Shown one piece after another: positions 8,283 to 10,212 of a stretch of DNA of 10,212 bases. How positions within the stretch are numbered: position 1 is the stretch's first letter; every line of letters starts with the position of its first letter. A program made the translations under genes and the position numbers. The notes below the pieces were generated by a model. The model saw only the letters and a list, made by a program, of their open reading frames with translations. It made no database searches and was not told where the DNA came from. Source of the stretch: a virus (Duplodnaviria; Heunggongvirae; Uroviricota; Caudoviricetes); IMG/VR virus record IMGVR_UViG_2698536672_000013; one strand, written 5' to 3'.

Positions 8283-8473
8283 CAGGCAGAATTGCCGGAG
8301 TAACAAAAAAGCGATAGATTACGCGCGGGTGCCTTTCGGCTGATGGTCGGAGGGAATACCCGAAGGCCAGATGTGGAAAGGCCCCGGAAAACATTTCTGT
8401 TTAACCGAGGCCCTAACATATCTACCTTAAGCAAGTGATAGGTTAGCGCCTCTCCAACAAAGGAGCAAGCGCT

Positions 8474-8614
8474 ATGTCGCAAAAATCGCTTACGGCCATC
8501 ACGTTCTGCGTGACGGTAATCCTCATCATCTGGATGCTACACGGTTCGCTGTGTGAAATACGGATGAGCTTCTGGGGAGCGGAGTTTGCGGCGTTCTTAC
8601 AGTGTAAGCAGTAA
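8474..8614 (+). CDS. Hok/Gef-family type I toxin (small membrane peptide), 46 aa
   Basis: Translation MSQKSLTAITFCVTVILIIWMLHGSLCEIRMSFWGAEFAAFLQCKQ: an N-terminal hydrophobic helix followed by the SLCE(I/L) and AAFL.C motifs seen in HokA-like peptides. AAGGAG lies 9 nt upstream of the ATG. It is absent from the ORF track only because it is shorter than 60 aa. Confidence 0.65.
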   Translation: MSQKSLTAITFCVTVILIIWMLHGSLCEIRMSFWGAEFAAFLQCKQ

Positions 8615-8708
8615 GGAAACCGCGACGGGGAAGGCAACTTCCCCGTCAATCGGTTGCCAGGGTAAAGGTCGAAAAGGCACCCTATTTCCAGTTGACGTGA
8701 ACAACAAG

Positions 8709-8740
8709 CCCGCAGCGTAAAAACTGCGGGTTTTCTTTTT
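8709..8740 (+). terminator. Rho-independent terminator, probable 3' end of the hok-like transcript
   Basis: A 7 bp GC-rich stem (CCCGCAG / CTGCGGG) with an 8 nt loop, followed by TTTTCTTTTT. Confidence 0.55.
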
Positions 8741-8764
8741 GGTTCCCTCACTCATGAGGACACC

Positions 8765-8804
8765 AAAAAACAAAGCCCACAGCATAGAAGCTGTGGGCTT
8801 TTTG
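8765..8804. terminator. Bidirectional hairpin terminator
   Basis: A perfect 11 bp stem (AAGCCCACAGC / GCTGTGGGCTT) with a 6 nt loop, flanked by an A-run upstream and a T-run downstream. Confidence 0.5.
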
Positions 8805-8877
8805 CATTCAAAGATGGACGTTATATGGACACTTAAAAATAAAATCCATTTATTTTCAAATGATTAAACCTCTACTT

Positions 8878-8898
8878 AAAGCGCCCGCAGGCGCTTTT
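8878..8898. terminator. Hairpin terminator between serS and the upstream region (likely the serS terminator; T-run is stronger on the plus strand)
   Basis: Stem GCGCC / GGCGC with a 4 nt loop, flanked by AAA and TTTTT, about 20 bp beyond the serS stop codon. Confidence 0.5.
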
Positions 8899-8919
8899 TA
8901 GATTCAGAAAAATTGGGTA

Positions 8920-10212
<1,293 letters not shown>

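Noticed and set aside
8343-8438. Possible mok-like leader ORF upstream of the hok-like gene (MVGGNTRRPDVERPRK...)
   Set aside because: It ends 36 nt before the hok-like ATG and does not overlap it as mok does in classical hok/sok loci, and has no convincing RBS. It is left as a note, not a feature.
8170-8785. Minus-strand ORFs across the ogr/hok region (8170..8394, 8279..8482, 8443..8751, 8597..8785)
   Set aside because: They run antisense to ogr and the hok-like ORF and pass through the terminator hairpins. No RBS, and the translations look like noise.
8283-8919. A tRNA gene as a possible integration target in the ogr-serS spacer
   Set aside because: No cloverleaf-like segment and no conserved GTTC...CCA-type tRNA features were seen by eye. 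This needs confirmation with a tRNA-finding program.

Overview
The window holds a P2-like contractile-tail gene module next to the core housekeeping gene serS. Reading left to right: a promoterless tail-fibre C-terminal cassette (minus strand, runs off the left edge); a gix/hix-like inversion crossover site; a Gin/Hin/Pin/Cin-family serine DNA invertase (plus strand); then on the minus strand P2-like gpU, tape-measure protein T, chaperone E with a -1 frameshift extension E', tail tube FII and tail sheath FI; then on the plus strand gpD and an Ogr-type zinc-finger late activator. Between ogr and serS lies a roughly 640 bp AT-richer spacer containing a 46-codon Hok/Gef-family type I toxin ORF (too short for the ORF track), with 5'/3' long-range complementarity and several hairpin terminators. 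A complete serS (430 aa, minus strand) closes the window. No rRNA, tRNA, CRISPR array or IS element was seen. The most interesting points are the invertase-driven tail-fibre switch attached to a P2-like tail module with non-P2 gene order, the open question of tailocin versus prophage arm, and the unannotated hok-like locus. All homology statements come from reading the translated sequences and from memory of these families; no database search was run.
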